Source: Archangium sp. | GTDB lineage: Bacteria > Myxococcota > Myxococcia > Myxococcales > Myxococcaceae | Reading direction: 5' to 3' | Length of the DNA stretch: 32,826 nucleotides | Assembly (NCBI GenBank): GCA_031367385.1 | Contig: JANLPS010000505.1 | Coordinates: 1-32,826 of the forward strand | Shown here: piece by piece, positions 1-9,090 of the stretch | Numbering within the stretch: position 1 is the stretch's first letter | Layout: every line of letters begins with the position of its first letter | The notes under the pieces: model-generated | The model's database searches: none | Seen by the model: only the letters and a program-made list of their open reading frames with translations | Told to the model about the DNA's origin: nothing | Translations under genes and position numbers: made by a program

Positions 1-711
1 CCCCAGCTTCTCGGGGTTCACCGAAGGCGCGCCGGGTATTCGCTTGCTGAGCATCGACAGAATCTCGACGCGCTTGATCGAGTCGATGCCGAGGTCTGCC
101 TCGAGGTCCATCGAGAGGTTCAAGGTCTCGACCGGGTAGCCAGTGGCCTCAGCGACGACACCGAGAACGATTTGCCGTGGGTCTGAGGCCACGACGACTG
201 CTGCCGCCTCAACAACCGCCGTCGAGCCGACGAACTCGAGCACCTGCTGCAACGTCTTGAGCGACCCCAACTTCTCGGGGTTCACCGAAGGCGCGCCGGG
301 TATTCGCTTGCTGAGCATCGACAGAATTTCGACGCGCTTGATCGAGTCGATGCCGAGATCTGCCTCGAGATCCATCGAGAGGTTCAAGGTCTCGAGTGGG
401 TAGCCGGTGGCTTCAGCGACGACGCTCAGTACGATGTGCCGTGAGTCTGAAGCTACGACGACTGGTACCGCTTCAACGACCGCCGTCGAGCCAACGAAAT
501 CGAGCACCTGCTGCAAGGTCTTGAGCGACCCCAGCTTCTCGGGGTTCACCGAAGGCGCGCCGGGTATTCGCTTGCTGAGCATCGACAGAATCTCGACGCG
601 CTTGATCGAGTCGATGCCGAGGTCTGCCTCGAGATCCATCGACAAGGTCAAGGTCTCGACCGGGTACCCCGTCGCCTCGGCCACCACGCTCAGCACGACG
701 TTTCGCGAGTC
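1..711 (-). repeat. Tandem 264-bp repeats encoding >=3 acyl carrier protein domains (448-711, 184-447, 1-183 partial)
   Basis: Matching blocks recur exactly 264 bp apart (aat[c/t]tcgacgcgcttgatcgagtcgatgccgag at 61, 325, 589). Phosphopantetheine-site Ser codons are at 79-81, 343-345 and 607-609. Confidence 0.95.
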
Positions 712-3700
712 GACCGCCACCGGCGCCGCAACGACGACGGGTACAGGAGCCGCTGCAACGACCGGCCTCGTCGTTGTCACCGCAACCTGCGCATGAACCA
801 CCGGAGGAACCCCGCTCAACAAGGCCTGAAACGCCTGCTGCGTCGCGAGCTGCCCCTCGAGAAAAGTCTGGTGAATGCGCGCGGTCTGCTCCTGCATCGC
901 CTGCAGTGCACGAAGGCTCTCTTGATTGGCCCTCAGCGCCTCGAGCACCGGCTGCGAGCCGATGACCGGCACATTCGTCGCCGCCACCGCCATCGTGCGC
1001 GGCGGCTTCACCGGCAAGGGCACGAACGGCGCCCGGTAGTTCGCGCCACTGAGCGGCACGCTCATCTTCTTCACCCGCGCCACCCTCGCCGGAGTGCGCG
1101 GAGGCAACGCGACCTGTTGCCACGCCTCGAGCTTCACCGAGTGACCCGCTGCAGCGACCCGGGCGAGCGTTGACGCCAGATCAAACAAGCTGCCACGCGC
1201 ATGCTGACCATCGATGGCCATTGCGACGTGCGGTCGCGAACCGAGAATCGCGCGCACCATTCCCGTCAAGGCCGAACGCGGCCCGACCTCGACGAACGTC
1301 CTCGCGCCCTCCTCGTACAAACGCTCGACGACGCCATCGAAGCGCACCGGCAAAGCCAATTGCTGGCCGAGCAAGTCCTTCGCTGCGTCCGGAGACTCCG
1401 GCCAGCGCATCGTCGTGCTGTTCGAGATCGCGGGAATCGTCGGCACTCGAAACGAAATGCCCTCGATGCCTTCTCGAAACGCCTTCGCCGCTCCAGCGAC
1501 CAGCGGGCTGTGAAACGCCGCACCGACCTGCAGCCGTGCCGTACGCAAGCCCTGCTTCTGACACGCCTCTTCGGCGCGAGAAATCTCAGCCCGAGTGCCA
1601 GACAGCACGCCCTGCGTCGGCGCGTTGCGATTGGCCAACACCACCTCGAGCTTCTCTTCAGCAACCACGCGCTCGATCTCAGCCAGCGGAGCGAGCACGG
1701 CCAACATCGTCCCGCGGTCGGCTCCATTCGCAGCCATCAGCGAGCCGCGAAGCCGAGACACCGCATCGAGCGCCGACGCATCGAGAACGCCAGCAGCATG
1801 CAACGCCACGAGCTCGCCGTAGCTGTGGCCAGCGACCAGCTCGGGGTGCACTCCAAACCGCGACAGCACCTCGAAGGCGCCACGGCTGACCGCGCCGATG
1901 GCCGGCTGCGCGTAATCGGTCTTGGTCAGCCGCTCTTCACGCCGCGCTTTCTCAGCCGCGTCGAACGTGACCGCCGGGTACAGCGCGTTGCCAAGCTCAC
2001 CCGCGGCCTCTGCCGCCTCGAGCACCTCGGGGAAGATGCACGCCAATTCACGAAGCATGTTGACGTGTTGCGAGCCCTGGCCGGGAAACAGAAAGGCCAA
2101 TTTGCCCGCCGCTGCCCCGACGCCGTAGTGCACGCCCTCTGGCAACGAGAACGGAGTCGCGGGCGCCTTCGAGACGCGCTCAATCGCCGCAGCCATCACA
2201 TTCGAGAAAGGCGCGTCGAATGGCAGCAGAACGATCAATCGATGCGCGTGACTTGCGCGAAACGCCTTGCGCGAACCAGCCGCACCCTCGGGCACCGCCG
2301 CCTTGAGCTGCGAGAGCAACGACGCTGAATCATTCGCTGAAAATGCGAACAGCTCGATCGACCCATCCCACGCAGGAGCGGCCCGCTTCGAGCCGTGCTC
2401 TTCGAGCACCAGGTGAAAATTACTGCCCCCAAACCCGAATGAGCTCACCGCGGCGAGACGCGGCTTCGAAGGCGTCGCGAGCCACGGCCGGGTCTCGGTC
2501 GACAGCGTGAACGGGCTGGTCTCGAGCTTCATCGCCGGGTTCGGCTTCTCGACCTTGATCGTCGGAGCAAACACCTTGTGATGAAGCGAGAGCGCCGCCT
2601 TCATCATGCCCACCGCGCCCGCGGCGGCCTTGGTGTGACCAATCTGCGACTTCACCGAACCCATCGCGCACCAGGCTGGGTCGGCCGAGTCTTCGCGATA
2701 CACCGCGTCGAGGGCTTCGAACTCAGCCGCGTCTCCGGCTTTCGTGCCGGTGCCATGCGCTTCGAGCAACGCGATGTCGCGGGGCCGCACGTTCGCTTGC
2801 GAGTACGCCGACTTGAGTGCCCGGGCCTGGCCCGACGGCAGTGGCGCGTAGATGCTCTTGGCGCGACCGTCGCTCGAGGTACCTACGCCGCGAATCGTCG
2901 CGTAGATGCGATCTCCATCGCGCTCAGCGTCAGAGAGCCGCTTGAGCACCAGCATGCCGAGGCCTTCACCCAGCAGCGTGCCATCGGCCTTGTCAGAAAA
3001 CGGTCGCGCATCGCCAGAAGCCGAGAGCGCGGGCGTCTTGCTGAAACACATGTGCATGAAAATATCGTTGATGCAGTCGACGCCGCCGGTCAGCACCATG
3101 TCGCTGCGTTTCGCTCGCAGCTCGAGCACCGCCAGATGCACGGCGCCCAGCGAGCTCGCACACGCCGCGTCGATGACGCAATTGGTGCCGCCGAAGTCGA
3201 GCCGGTTCGCGATGCGGCCGGCGATCACGTTGCCCAGCAACCCGGGAAACGAGCTCTCTTGCCACCCGACGTACGACTGCGAAATGCGCTCGACCACGTC
3301 TTTGCTGGTCGCTTCATCGACGCCTGAATCGCGCAGCGCCTTCTTCCACTTCGGGTAGCCGAGCCGTGAGCCGAGGGTGATCACCAGCTCCTGCGTGCCG
3401 GTGACGCCGAGCAACACACTCGTGCGGCCGCGATCGAACTTCGCGTTCTCGCCGTAGCCCGCGTCTTCCATCGCCATCTTCGCGACCACCAGGCTGAGCA
3501 GCTGCGAGGTGTCAGTGGCCTCGAGAATGTTCGGAGGAATGCCGAACTCGGTCGGGTCGAACCCGTGCGGAGACAAGAAGGCCCCGCGCTTCGCGTACGT
3601 TTTGTCGGGCGCATGCTCATCTGCGTCGTAGTACTCGCTCAAATCCCAATGCGAGGCGGGGATGTCGGTGACCGCATCGACGCCGTTGCGCAGCAGTCGC

Positions 3701-5454
3701 CAGAACGCCTCGAGGTTCTCGGCTTTTGGAAACATGCTGCCCATGCCAACGATGGCGATTGGCTCTTCAGCCGGCGCGGCGACAGCCGACACGACCGCCT
3801 TCACCTCTCGCGTCACCAGCAGGGCATCGAGCTCACGCTCTTCGAGTGGAGCGAACTGCGAAACCACCGCCGGCACCTCGAGCCCCTGCGAGCGCAGCGC
3901 CGCCACGCGAGTGAGCACCGCGGCACCCACCATCAGGTTCTTCGCCATCACGACGGCCCGGCGGTTCTCCCATGACTCGAGAAAGCTGCCCTTCGCCCAC
4001 GCATTGAAGGCGCCCATCGCCGGGCCACACCACACCTGGTAGTCCAACCGGCGGTCAGCGTCACCGGTGTTGGCCCAGTGCGAGGCCTGCCCCAGATACG
4101 ACCGAAAGATCAGCGCGAGCTTGTGCTTCGGCTCTTTGGCGGCACGCGCGAGCTGCCGCGGGTCACGCGCTTCAAAAAACCGCTCACACCCGGCCCACGC
4201 CTCTTCGAGCGTCGATCGAAAAAATTTCTGCTCGAGCTCGGCCCGAACCGCGGCCGGCAACGCCTCGACCGAATCGTGGGTGCGGTACAGCTCGTACAAA
4301 CGCTGCGCGCGAACGGCGAACATCGTGCCCCGGCTGAGCACCTGCACCTTCACGCCCATCTCGAACATGTCGGCCGCTGGCGCCATCGCCACGTCGGTCG
4401 ACGACGCCTGCGCCAACATCTCGCGAACCGCATCGCTGGTAGCGGCTTCACGGCACGCTTGGTTGATCGTACCCGTCACCACGTACGCCGCGCCCATCGA
4501 GAAAGCAGACGCCACCGAGGCCGGAGTCGCCAAGCCACCCGCCGCTCCAACCCGCGGAGCCACTGCGTACTGAAACTTCGCCGCGACCTCGTCACGCAGG
4601 GCCTGCAACGCCGGCAATAGCAACACCAGTGGCCGGTTGTCGGTGTGCCCACCGGAGTCAGCTTCGGCGGTCAAGTCATCGACCATCGGCACCAGGGCCG
4701 CGAGCGAAGCCTGCTCAGCGCTGAGAAACCCGCTCGCCACCAACTGCTGCACGAAGCGCTCGGGCGCGGGCTCGAGAAATTTACGCGCCACTTCGACGCG
4801 CGACACCTTCGCCATCACCCGGTTCGGTACCACCACCGCGCCATTCGCATCGCGGTGAATGCCGGCCAACCGGTACTTCACGATCGGCAAGGTCAAGTCG
4901 AGGTACGCCGACGCGCTCACGAACCGAAGCCCTCGCTTCAAGAACAACTCGACCGCTCCGGCCTCGAGCGCGGCGTCATCGGGAGAGTGAATCAGGTTCA
5001 CGCCCCAGGGCAGCCCCTCGAGTGATTGCTCGAGCCGCTCCATTGCTTGCTCGATGCGCACCACTGGCAAACCCGCTGCCCCGAAGACCGCGAGCATGCC
5101 CGCACGCGCCACGGCTTCGACCAACGCCTCCGACGCGATGCCGTTGGCCATCTCACCCGCCACGTAGCCGTACGAGACCCCGTGCATTTCTCGAAAAGAC
5201 GCGTCGCCCAACGTCGAGGGTGACAAGGCCGGCACATGCGCGACCAGCGGCCACGCCTCGTCACTCGCTGTCACGCCCAACCGCGCTTCGCCGCCGCTCG
5301 CCACCGCCAACTGACCGTCTTTGGCGACCACTACCACCGGTTCATTCAGCGCAGCCACGGCTTGTTTGAGCGCTTGTGCCCCTTGACGCGGGAGGGGGGC
5401 TCCGACTCCGGCAAACCACGAGCCAAGAGCGGTACGAAACGAGCGGCTGGTCAC
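1..5454 (-). CDS. pfaA: PUFA-synthase-type iterative type I PKS, PfaD-PfaA fusion (ER-KS-MAT-ACP-ACP-ACP...), 3' end outside window, >=1818 aa
   Basis: Not in the ORF track. GTG at 5454 has GGGAG 5 nt upstream. Manual translation in one frame gives PfaD motifs (LGDASFREMHGVSYGYVAGEMANGIAS; EADSGGHTDNRP ~4630-4665; DYQVWCGPAMGAFNAW). After a stop-free linker come KS motifs (EPIAIVGMG ~3765; DAAC with Cys at 3160-3162; HGTGT ~2755; KSQIGHTKAAAG; SSFGFGGSNFH), AT motifs (FPGQGSQ; GHSYG with Ser at 1822-1824; AAFHS) and three LGIDSIKRVEI ACPs. No track ORF ends in this frame, consistent with no internal stop. Confidence 0.93.
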   Translation of the reverse strand, partial: MTSRSFRTALGSWFAGVGAPLPRQGAQALKQAVAALNEPVVVVAKDGQLAVASGGEARLGVTASDEAWPLVAHVPALSPSTLGDASFREMHGVSYGYVAGEMANGIASEALVEAVARAGMLAVFGAAGLPVVRIEQAMERLEQSLEGLPWGVNLIHSPDDAALEAGAVELFLKRGLRFVSASAYLDLTLPIVKYRLAGIHRDANGAVVVPNRVMAKVSRVEVARKFLEPAPERFVQQLVASGFLSAEQASLAALVPMVDDLTAEADSGGHTDNRPLVLLLPALQALRDEVAAKFQYAVAPRVGAAGGLATPASVASAFSMGAAYVVTGTINQACREAATSDAVREMLAQASSTDVAMAPAADMFEMGVKVQVLSRGTMFAVRAQRLYELYRTHDSVEALPAAVRAELEQKFFRSTLEEAWAGCERFFEARDPRQLARAAKEPKHKLALIFRSYLGQASHWANTGDADRRLDYQVWCGPAMGAFNAWAKGSFLESWENRRAVVMAKNLMVGAAVLTRVAALRSQGLEVPAVVSQFAPLEERELDALLVTREVKAVVSAVAAPAEEPIAIVGMGSMFPKAENLEAFWRLLRNGVDAVTDIPASHWDLSEYYDADEHAPDKTYAKRGAFLSPHGFDPTEFGIPPNILEATDTSQLLSLVVAKMAMEDAGYGENAKFDRGRTSVLLGVTGTQELVITLGSRLGYPKWKKALRDSGVDEATSKDVVERISQSYVGWQESSFPGLLGNVIAGRIANRLDFGGTNCVIDAACASSLGAVHLAVLELRAKRSDMVLTGGVDCINDIFMHMCFSKTPALSASGDARPFSDKADGTLLGEGLGMLVLKRLSDAERDGDRIYATIRGVGTSSDGRAKSIYAPLPSGQARALKSAYSQANVRPRDIALLEAHGTGTKAGDAAEFEALDAVYREDSADPAWCAMGSVKSQIGHTKAAAGAVGMMKAALSLHHKVFAPTIKVEKPNPAMKLETSPFTLSTETRPWLATPSKPRLAAVSSFGFGGSNFHLVLEEHGSKRAAPAWDGSIELFAFSANDSASLLSQLKAAVPEGAAGSRKAFRASHAHRLIVLLPFDAPFSNVMAAAIERVSKAPATPFSLPEGVHYGVGAAAGKLAFLFPGQGSQHVNMLRELACIFPEVLEAAEAAGELGNALYPAVTFDAAEKARREERLTKTDYAQPAIGAVSRGAFEVLSRFGVHPELVAGHSYGELVALHAAGVLDASALDAVSRLRGSLMAANGADRGTMLAVLAPLAEIERVVAEEKLEVVLANRNAPTQGVLSGTRAEISRAEEACQKQGLRTARLQVGAAFHSPLVAGAAKAFREGIEGISFRVPTIPAISNSTTMRWPESPDAAKDLLGQQLALPVRFDGVVERLYEEGARTFVEVGPRSALTGMVRAILGSRPHVAMAIDGQHARGSLFDLASTLARVAAAGHSVKLEAWQQVALPPRTPARVARVKKMSVPLSGANYRAPFVPLPVKPPRTMAVAATNVPVIGSQPVLEALRANQESLRALQAMQEQTARIHQTFLEGQLATQQAFQALLSGVPPVVHAQVAVTTTRPVVAAAPVPVVVAAPVAVDSRNVVLSVVAEATGYPVETLTLSMDLEADLGIDSIKRVEILSMLSKRIPGAPSVNPEKLGSLKTLQQVLDFVGSTAVVEAVPVVVASDSRHIVLSVVAEATGYPLETLNLSMDLEADLGIDSIKRVEILSMLSKRIPGAPSVNPEKLGSLKTLQQVLEFVGSTAVVEAAAVVVASDPRQIVLGVVAEATGYPVETLNLSMDLEADLGIDSIKRVEILSMLSKRIPGAPSVNPEKLG

Positions 5455-5562
5455 ATGTACTCCCGTTGCGAGAAGGCCTCAGCAGCCCTAGCAGCCGCTC
5501 CGCAGCCCCACAACCGGCCTGAACACAAATGTAAGGTGATTTTCCCGGCTGAAATCAGTGGT

Positions 5563-7371
5563 TTATGGAGCCACGTGAATGGTGTGCATCACATCGGCTG
5601 CGCGGCCTGACTGCAGGTCAACCGTGAGGTGCACGACCCACGTGCCGGCGTCGAGCTTCGAGGTGTCGAGCACCCCCAAGGTGCTCAGCGGTGGCATCGA
5701 CGTCGAGCTCGTGGCCACCGTCACCGTCGTCGCGCCATTCGTCGCGGTGAGCGCCCAGTGTCCCAGCGCATGCCGAGCTCCATGCGTGTTGACCGACGCG
5801 GCACCGTAAATCGGTTTGGCCACCGCCGGGCCAAGCTCGGTGTCGGCTGGGCTCGACGGGTCGAGGTACATCGCCGCGTTCACCACCGACGCATTTTCGC
5901 TCACCAATTGCGGCACCACGCCGCCGTCTTCAGTCACGCTGACGAAGGGGTTTTGGTTCTCGAGCACCACCAGGCTGTCACCCGTCGCGAGAATCGAGAG
6001 CGGCTTGCGAAACGCCGGCGGCAGGTCTGCGTTGGGCCGGTGCGCGACCCGGGTCAGGTGCGCCACCGCGTTGTCACGGGTCAGAAGATAGGTATTCAGC
6101 TCAGCGTCTTGCATGTCGAGGTGAGCGTTGCCCGCGACCGTCGCGAAGCCCCCGGTGCCATCAATGCGCGAACCGTTGAGTGAGCAGACCGTGCCAGTCG
6201 GCCCATTGCAGGTCAGCTCGCCAACAGCGGAGTCGGTCAGGCTCAACGTGCCGCTCCGCTCGGGCTCGAAGTAGGCATTCACCGGGTAGACCGAAGAGCG
6301 CACCAATTGCAGGGAGCGATCTCCGATGCCGAGCGTCTCTGTTCGCGCCGCGACTTCGCCCCTCAGTGCTGCGACGTTCACCGTCGAATCGAATTTGAGA
6401 AACAAGCCGATCGCCGAATCGAGCAACGTGATGTTCGTTCTCGGGTGCGACCACAACCCGTACAAGACGTACGAATTCGAGACCTCGAGCTGCGCGCCGA
6501 CGCCGCCATCTTCAGTGAGCAATTGGCTCAGCTGGCCGCCATCGATGAAGCCGCTGGGCAAGTGCAAGTCGTGGTGAACCGAATCACTCACGATCAGGTA
6601 GGCGCCCACCGTGGCCGAGCGAGAATCACGAATTGCGCCGTGCGCTTGCGCACTGATCGAGAGCTCGACGAAATCATTGGGGTTCTCGACCACAACCTCG
6701 GCCGAATCGAAGGCGAATGGCGTCGGGGTGCTCTTCTCACCGCGCGTCAAATCGAGTGATCGCAGCTCGACCTTCGAGCGACCGCAGGCCACGACCGTCC
6801 ACAAGTTATTTTCGGTCGAACCGAGAATCAACGCGGTGTTCGCCATCACGACCCGCGACTCGTCAGCTGCGTACAGGTGAAACGAGGTGCCGGCGGTCTG
6901 CGCAACTCGCACTCGGCCAGCGACTGAGACGAACCGCGAATGCCCGAAGAGGTTCACGTCGCCTGCGATGGTCACGAAGCCGCCGTCGCCGGGCGTGATC
7001 TGCAAGGTCGCGCCGTTGAACAGATAGACCGGGCCATCGAGGCGGGTACCTCCAGCGAGCTCGAGCACCTCAGTTGCGTCTCTGAGGCCGAGCACGTGAT
7101 CGCCGGGGCTGCCACCATCGAGGTACGGCAGGGCGGTCTGCCAGAGCCCGACATTGCAGGGGCCAAACGGCTCCGGGTCCACGACCGCGCCATCCGTGCT
7201 TGCTCCCGCGTCACGCACTGTCCCCGCGTCCGTCACGGTGCCCGAGTCGACGGCTTCAGGGGGGCCCGAATCGAAGGCTGCTGAAACCCCTGCATCCGCC
7301 GAAGGCGCCCGCGGCTCCCCGCAGGCAGCCAACGCGACCCAACCCAGCCACACCATTCGACGAGCGCTCAT
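5563..7371 (-). CDS. Putative lipoprotein (~602 aa) with D-A/G-G-rich linker and probable beta-helix/beta-rich body; function unknown
   Basis: Start moved to ATG 7371 (MSARRMVWLGWVALAA|C, a lipobox) because the track's 7497 start overlaps the divergent AKR gene. The N-terminal linker has DAG/DSG repeats, followed by many short alternating beta-strand-like motifs. Confidence 0.75.
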   Translation of the reverse strand: MSARRMVWLGWVALAACGEPRAPSADAGVSAAFDSGPPEAVDSGTVTDAGTVRDAGASTDGAVVDPEPFGPCNVGLWQTALPYLDGGSPGDHVLGLRDATEVLELAGGTRLDGPVYLFNGATLQITPGDGGFVTIAGDVNLFGHSRFVSVAGRVRVAQTAGTSFHLYAADESRVVMANTALILGSTENNLWTVVACGRSKVELRSLDLTRGEKSTPTPFAFDSAEVVVENPNDFVELSISAQAHGAIRDSRSATVGAYLIVSDSVHHDLHLPSGFIDGGQLSQLLTEDGGVGAQLEVSNSYVLYGLWSHPRTNITLLDSAIGLFLKFDSTVNVAALRGEVAARTETLGIGDRSLQLVRSSVYPVNAYFEPERSGTLSLTDSAVGELTCNGPTGTVCSLNGSRIDGTGGFATVAGNAHLDMQDAELNTYLLTRDNAVAHLTRVAHRPNADLPPAFRKPLSILATGDSLVVLENQNPFVSVTEDGGVVPQLVSENASVVNAAMYLDPSSPADTELGPAVAKPIYGAASVNTHGARHALGHWALTATNGATTVTVATSSTSMPPLSTLGVLDTSKLDAGTWVVHLTVDLQSGRAADVMHTIHVAP

Positions 7372-7407
7372 CGTGCTGAAGACACTGCAAGCGCGAAAAA
7401 CAGAAAG

Positions 7408-7413
7408 TAGGGT
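7408..7413 (+). promoter_or_regulatory. Possible -10 element (TAGGGT) of a leaderless AKR transcript
   Basis: TAnnnT hexamer ending 7 nt before ATG 7421, within a 49-bp divergent intergenic gap. Confidence 0.35.
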
Positions 7414-7420
7414 GGGGTGC

Positions 7421-8338
7421 ATGCCTCTTGAATCACTTGCCATTGGCACCATGAACTTTGGCCGCCGCACCGCCGAACCAGAAGCACGAAAAATCATCGA
7501 TCTCGCGATTGATCAGGGCGCGACCTTCTTCGACACCGCCAACATGTACTGCGAAGGAGACTCCGAGCGAATCGTCGGCCGGGCGCTCAAAGATCGCCGC
7601 CAGGCCGTACGCATCGCCACCAAGGTCGGCGCGTGGAAGAAAGAAGGCCTCTCGAAGCAGCGCGTGCTGGCCGCCATCGATGAGAGCCTCGAGCGGCTGC
7701 AGACCGACTACGTCGACGTGTACTACCTGCACACCCCAGATCACACGACCCCGATCACCGAGACGCTCGACGCGATCGCCTCGATCTCCGCAGCGGGGAA
7801 GATTCGGGCCTGGGGCATCTCGAACTTTGCCGCGTGGCAGTTGATCGAGATCAACGCGCTGTGCGACGAGCGAAACATGCCGAGGCCTGCGTATTCGCAG
7901 GTGCTCTACAACGTGCTCGTTCGCCAGCTCGAGGTCGAGTACCTGCCGTGCGTGAAGCGCCACCCGATTCACACCACGGTGTTCAACCCACTGGCCGGTG
8001 GGCTGCTGGCCAGGCCGGTGACCGCCATCATCCCCAAGGGGTCGCGCTTCGACGTCAACCCGTTGTATCGAAAACGCTATTGGTCAGAGCAGATGCACGA
8101 GCTCACGAATGATCTGCTCAAGGTCGCCACTGACGCGGGCATGTCGCTCATCACGCTCTCGTACGCCTGGTTGCTCAAACGGCAAGGCATCAACTCGGTG
8201 CTGGCGGGCCCCGGCTCGGTCGAGCACCTCGAGGCGGCGTTGCTCGCGGTGCAAGTGGCGCTGCCTGACGACGTCGTGAAGGCCGTCGATGCCGTGTACC
8301 TGCAGTACACCGGCACCGAAGCGAGTTACGCGCGATGA
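7421..8338 (+). CDS. Aldo/keto reductase (305 aa)
   Basis: Start at ATG 7421 (MPLESLAIGTMNFG). Catalytic tetrad motifs FFDTANMY (D, Y), IATKV (K) and YYLH (H); also GKIRAWGISN, Q..YN and PLAGGLL. Confidence 0.92.
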   Translation: MPLESLAIGTMNFGRRTAEPEARKIIDLAIDQGATFFDTANMYCEGDSERIVGRALKDRRQAVRIATKVGAWKKEGLSKQRVLAAIDESLERLQTDYVDVYYLHTPDHTTPITETLDAIASISAAGKIRAWGISNFAAWQLIEINALCDERNMPRPAYSQVLYNVLVRQLEVEYLPCVKRHPIHTTVFNPLAGGLLARPVTAIIPKGSRFDVNPLYRKRYWSEQMHELTNDLLKVATDAGMSLITLSYAWLLKRQGINSVLAGPGSVEHLEAALLAVQVALPDDVVKAVDAVYLQYTGTEASYAR

Positions 8339-9090
8339 ACGATTTCTCAGCGGCCATCGAGCACTACCGCGAGCATGGCTATGCCCGCTTGGGGCCGGTG
8401 TTCGATGAGCCGACGTTGGTCGCGTTGCGAGAACGCGCCGACGACTTGATGCTCGGCCGCGTGGTGTACCCCGGGCTGTTTTTTCAGCTCGACGCCGCCT
8501 CTGGTAAATATGAAGACGCGCCGATCGGCATGGGGTGGCAGGGGCCTTCGCTGCAGTATCGAAAGCTCGAAAAGCTCGAGAAAGACGAACGTTTTCGCGC
8601 GGCCATCTCGCACCCGGTCTTCGAGCACATCGTTCGCTCCATCATCCCCGGGCGGGCGGTGATCTACCGCGCCATTCTCTTCAACAAGGCGGCGGTCGGC
8701 GGCAGCGACATTCCCTGGCATCAAGACGGCGGCAAGCTGTGGGGCCTCAGCCAAGACCCCGAGCTGCAAATCTGGCTCGGCATCGACGACGCGCCCGTCG
8801 ACGGAGGCTGCCTCGAGGTGCTGCCTGATTCACACCGCCAGGGGCTCGCGACGCCACTCGGAGGCGTCGTGCCCGCGAATCAGGTGCTCGCCGCGAAGGC
8901 CGATGAGCGCAAAGTCAGCCTCCCCGCGAAAGCCGGTGAGTGCATCTTGATTCACAACCAGGTCTGGCACCGCTCGGGCAAGACGCTCACAGGTCACCGC
9001 AGGCTCGGCTTCTCGGTTTGCTACATGAGCGCTGCGACGCAATGCTTGCGTAAGAAGCGAGCCCCGCGCGTGTTTTTCCCCGTCTTCTAG
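8335..9090 (+). CDS. Phytanoyl-CoA dioxygenase (PhyH)-family Fe(II)/2-oxoglutarate dioxygenase
   Basis: N-terminal YREHGY, PWHQD iron ligands, IWLGIDDA..DGGCLEVLPDSH, KAGECILIH...WHRS distal His, and a downstream Arg. ATGA overlap with the AKR gene. Confidence 0.9.
   Translation: MNDFSAAIEHYREHGYARLGPVFDEPTLVALRERADDLMLGRVVYPGLFFQLDAASGKYEDAPIGMGWQGPSLQYRKLEKLEKDERFRAAISHPVFEHIVRSIIPGRAVIYRAILFNKAAVGGSDIPWHQDGGKLWGLSQDPELQIWLGIDDAPVDGGCLEVLPDSHRQGLATPLGGVVPANQVLAAKADERKVSLPAKAGECILIHNQVWHRSGKTLTGHRRLGFSVCYMSAATQCLRKKRAPRVFFPVF

Noticed and set aside
1..711. Periodic repeats as a possible CRISPR array or IS ends
   Set aside because: The 264-bp period is in frame, encodes ACP domains, and has no short repeat/unique spacer structure.
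5537..5557. Inverted repeat TGATTT-N9-AAATCA between the lipoprotein and PKS genes
   Set aside because: Only 6-bp arms and no U-tract. It could be an operator, but there is not enough support to call it.
143..5610. Many plus-strand and off-frame ORFs over the PKS (e.g. 143-403, 407-796, 1201-2328, 2578-3327)
   Set aside because: Shadow ORFs of a high-GC gene. The similarity between 143-403 and 407-796 simply mirrors the ACP repeats.
7154..7497. Track N-terminal extensions making the AKR and lipoprotein genes overlap head-to-head
   Set aside because: Family-typical starts at 7421 and 7371 remove the overlap.
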